From NCBI GenBank assembly GCA_035294785.1, contig DATGKF010000055.1:1914-65913 (forward strand): DNA of 64,000 bases. Reading direction: 5' to 3'. The notes beneath the pieces were generated by a model that saw only the letters and a program-made list of their open reading frames with translations, was not told where the DNA came from and ran no database searches. This document shows positions 61,046-64,000 of the stretch, in pieces; position 1 is the first letter of the stretch; every line of letters begins with the position of its first letter. The position numbers and the translations under genes are program-made. This DNA comes from Caulobacteraceae bacterium. Its GTDB lineage: Bacteria; Pseudomonadota; Alphaproteobacteria; Caulobacterales; Caulobacteraceae.

Positions 61046-62939
61046 CCTCACCGAGCGCCTGCTCTACGCGGCCGGCGTCATCGAGACGATCGGCAGCGTC
61101 GACGCCGGCTCGACCCTGACCGACAGCCTGGCGCTGGAGCGCCAGCGCGGCATCACCATCAAGTCGGCGGTCGCCTCGTTCGTCGTCGGCGACGTCGCGG
61201 TCAACCTGATCGACACGCCCGGCCACCCGGACTTCATCGCCGAGGTCGAGCGGGTGCTGAGCGTGCTCGACGGCGCGGTGCTGGTGATTTCGGCCGTCGA
61301 GGGCGTGCAGTCGCAGACGCGCATGCTGATGCGGGCGCTGCAGCGGCTTGGCGTGCCGACGCTCATCTTCGTCAACAAGATCGACCGGACCGGGGCGCGG
61401 GACGCCGGCGTTCTGGCGGCCATCGCCGAGACGCTGACGCCGGCGGTCGTGGCGATGGGCGCGGCCCGCGATCTCGGCAGCCGGGACGCCAGCGTGACGC
61501 TGTTCGGCGAGGGCGACGCCGGCTTTCGCGCCGCGCTCAGCGAACGGCTGGCCGACAACGACGAAACGATCTTCGCCGCCTTTGTCGAGGGCAGGCGAGC
61601 GCTCCCTTACCGGCGGCTTCGCGCCGCGCTCGCGGCGCAGACAGGCAAGGCGCTCGTGCATCCGGTCTTCTTCGGCTCGGCCATCACCGGCGCCGGAACG
61701 GACGCGCTGATCGCCGGCGTCAGTGAGCTGCTTCCGGCGAGCGAGGGCGATGCGGACGGCCCCGTCTCCGGCGCCGTCTTCAAGATCGAGCGCGGCGTGG
61801 GCGGGGAGAAGGTGGCGTTCGTCCGGATGTTTTCCGGAATGGTCAGCACGGGCGACCGCGTGGCCGTGCATGGGGCCGACCCGGCCAAGGTGACCGCGAT
61901 CAGCGTCTTCGAGCGTGGCGGCGCCGCGTCTGCGCACGCCCTCGGCGCGGGGCGGATCGGCAAGCTCTGGGGTCTGCACGCCGCCCAGATCGGCGACGCG
62001 ATCGGCGCGCCCCGGGCGGACGCTCGGGCGCATCATTTCGCGCCCCCGTCGCTGGAGACCGTGATCGTTCCGCGCCACGCGGCCGACAAGGGAGCGCTGC
62101 ACACCGCGCTCGCCCACCTCGCCGAGCAGGATCCGCTGATCAATCTTCGCCAGGACGACATCCGCCAGGAGATGTTCGTCTCCCTCTACGGCGAGGTGCA
62201 GAAGGAGGTGATCGAGCAGACGCTGGCGGGCGACTTCGGGGTGGAGGTCGACTTCCGCGAAACGACCACGATCTGCATCGAGCGGGTCATCGGCACGGGC
62301 GCCGCCGTCGAATGGCCGCCGCGCCCCTTCATGGCGGCGGTTGGCCTTCGGATCGATCCGGCCCCGATCGGGACCGGCGTCAGCTTCAAGCTGGAGGTCG
62401 AGTATGGCGCGCTGCCGCTGACCTTCCACAAGGCGGTCGAGGAGGCCGTCTATGAGACCTTGATGCAGGGGCTGCACGGCTGGCGGGTCACCGACTGCAC
62501 GGTCGCCATGACCCACGCCATCCGCTACCGCCACTTCGCGACCAGCACGCCGGCCGACCATCGCAACCTTACCCCGCTTGTCCTCATGAAAGCGCTGAAG
62601 CAGGCCGGAACCGAGGTCTGCGAGCCGATCCACCGCTTCCAGCTCACCGCCCCGGCCGAAGCGCTCGGCGCGATCCTGCCGGCGCTCGCCAAGCTCGGGG
62701 CCGGCGCGCCGACGCCTGTGGTGCGCGGCGGCGCGTGCGAACTCACCGGCGAGATCCGGGCGGCCCAAGTGCACCGGCTGCAGCTCGAGGTCCCCGGTCT
62801 GACCGGCGGCCTCGGCGTGCTGGAGCAGGCGTTCGACCACTATCGGCCGGTGCGCGGCGCCGTTCCGAGCCGGCCCAGAACGGACCACAATCCGCTCGAC
62901 CGGCGGGAGTATCTGCGGCACGTCTTGCGGCGCGTTTAG
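60993..62939 (+). CDS. TetM/OtrA-family ribosomal protection-like GTPase
   Basis: LNLGILAHVDAGKTSLTERLL; ERQRGITI; DTPGHPDFIAEVER; NKID; LYGEVQKEVI; QGLHGWRVTDC; STPAD; C-terminal RPRTDHNPLDRREYL. 648 aa, RPP-sized rather than EF-G. Confidence 0.88.
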   Translation: MRTLNLGILAHVDAGKTSLTERLLYAAGVIETIGSVDAGSTLTDSLALERQRGITIKSAVASFVVGDVAVNLIDTPGHPDFIAEVERVLSVLDGAVLVISAVEGVQSQTRMLMRALQRLGVPTLIFVNKIDRTGARDAGVLAAIAETLTPAVVAMGAARDLGSRDASVTLFGEGDAGFRAALSERLADNDETIFAAFVEGRRALPYRRLRAALAAQTGKALVHPVFFGSAITGAGTDALIAGVSELLPASEGDADGPVSGAVFKIERGVGGEKVAFVRMFSGMVSTGDRVAVHGADPAKVTAISVFERGGAASAHALGAGRIGKLWGLHAAQIGDAIGAPRADARAHHFAPPSLETVIVPRHAADKGALHTALAHLAEQDPLINLRQDDIRQEMFVSLYGEVQKEVIEQTLAGDFGVEVDFRETTTICIERVIGTGAAVEWPPRPFMAAVGLRIDPAPIGTGVSFKLEVEYGALPLTFHKAVEEAVYETLMQGLHGWRVTDCTVAMTHAIRYRHFATSTPADHRNLTPLVLMKALKQAGTEVCEPIHRFQLTAPAEALGAILPALAKLGAGAPTPVVRGGACELTGEIRAAQVHRLQLEVPGLTGGLGVLEQAFDHYRPVRGAVPSRPRTDHNPLDRREYLRHVLRRV

Positions 62940-62960
62940 GCAGGGCGGGAGAGCGGCCGC

Positions 62961-64000
62961 GTGGCGGAGCGAACGGGCGACGAAGCCGGCGCCTGGTCGG
63001 TGATCCGCGTGGCCAGCGGCAACTTCCTTGAGATGTACGATTTCCAGGTGTTCGGCTACTACGCCGCCGCCATCGGGGCGACCTTCTTCCCCAGCCGCGA
63101 TCCGTTCACCTCGCTGCTCGCCTCCTTCATGACCTTCGGCGCCGCGTTCCTGATGCGGCCGCTGGGGGCGATCATCCTGGGCGCCTACGCCGACAAGCAC
63201 GGGCGGCGCGCCGGCCTTCTGGTCACGCTCAGCCTGATGTCGGTGGGCATTCTGACGCTGACGGTCATGCCCGGCTACGCCGCCATCGGTCTGATCGCGC
63301 CGCTGGCCGTGCTGGCCGGGCGGCTGCTGCAGGGCTTCTCGGCCGGCATGGAGCTGGGGGGCGTCTCGGTCTACCTGGCCGAGATCGCCCCGCCCGGGCG
63401 CAAGGGCTTCTACACGTCCTGGCAGTCGGCCAGCCAGCAGGTGGCCGTCGTGCTCTCGGCCGCCATCGGCATCGCGCTGGCGAGCCGCCTTTCCCCTGCG
63501 GCGATGACCGCCTGGGGCTGGCGTATTCCGCTCGGCGTCGGCTGCCTGATCGTGCCGGTGCTGCTCGTCCTGCGCCGTTCGCTGCCGGAGACCCGCGCGT
63601 TCGCCGAGCGCACGCTGCACCCGACCTGGGGCGAGATCTTCGCCGGCCTGGCGCGCCATTGGGGGCGCATCGCCGTCGGCGTCCTGATGACGACGCTGAC
63701 CACCGTCTCCTTCTACATGATCACCGTCTACACCCCCTCGTTCGGCACGCAGGTGCTGCGCCTGCCGGCGCTGCCCGTGTTCGCGGTCACCGCTGCGGTT
63801 GGCGTCTCTAACTTCATCTGGCTGCCGGTCATGGGGACGGTGTCCGACCGCATCGGCCGCAGGCCCGTGCTCATCACGATCAGCGCGCTGATGCTGATCG
63901 GCGCCTATCCGGCCATGCTCTGGCTGGTGCACGCGCCCTCGTTCGGGCGGCTGCTGGCGGTGGAGCTGTTCTTCTCGTTCGTGTTCGGCGCCTACAACGG
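62961..64000 (+). CDS. MFS metabolite:H+ symporter (CitA/TcuC-like), runs off the window
   Basis: Manual translation from GTG 62961: VIRVASGNFLEMYDFQVFGYYA...FLMRPLGAIILGAYADKHGRRAGL...GRLLQGFSAGMELGG. Confidence 0.88.
   Translation, partial: MAERTGDEAGAWSVIRVASGNFLEMYDFQVFGYYAAAIGATFFPSRDPFTSLLASFMTFGAAFLMRPLGAIILGAYADKHGRRAGLLVTLSLMSVGILTLTVMPGYAAIGLIAPLAVLAGRLLQGFSAGMELGGVSVYLAEIAPPGRKGFYTSWQSASQQVAVVLSAAIGIALASRLSPAAMTAWGWRIPLGVGCLIVPVLLVLRRSLPETRAFAERTLHPTWGEIFAGLARHWGRIAVGVLMTTLTTVSFYMITVYTPSFGTQVLRLPALPVFAVTAAVGVSNFIWLPVMGTVSDRIGRRPVLITISALMLIGAYPAMLWLVHAPSFGRLLAVELFFSFVFGAYN

Overview
This is a gene-dense, very GC-rich chromosomal window from a Caulobacteraceae-like alphaproteobacterium, inferred from gapR, tacA, pseBC/flmAB, a Caulobacter-type Tad/Cpa pilus locus and repeated CtrA-like boxes. 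Core genes include manC (partial), gapR, rpmJ, an MltB-like transglycosylase, motA, mnmC, pseB/pseC, tacA, pepF, pntAB, rpsU, a COQ9-like gene, purKE, ubiX, scoAB, nrdA and nrdB (each with tandem NrdR boxes), the complete Tad pilus cluster, an M17 aminopeptidase, paoABC, an OtrA/TetM-like ribosomal protection GTPase and a partial MFS transporter. I found no rRNA, tRNA, CRISPR array, transposase or prophage. The best candidate for an undescribed system is a 531-aa GT-C-like membrane protein inserted between the Flp pilin gene and the prepilin peptidase cpaA and overlapping cpaA, suggesting a dedicated Tad-pilin glycosylation module that might shield the pilus from phage. Other leads are an orphan minimal secretin next to a secreted S53 peptidase, an rpsU gene with an apparent AUC start and a terminator-like leader hairpin, and an OtrA-like gene with an overlapping leader ORF and a divergent drug-release loop. 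A TIGR02444-DUF465 read-through fusion and a palindromic mini-element supplying a gene's C-terminus are also noted. All calls come from reading motifs by eye; no searches were run.
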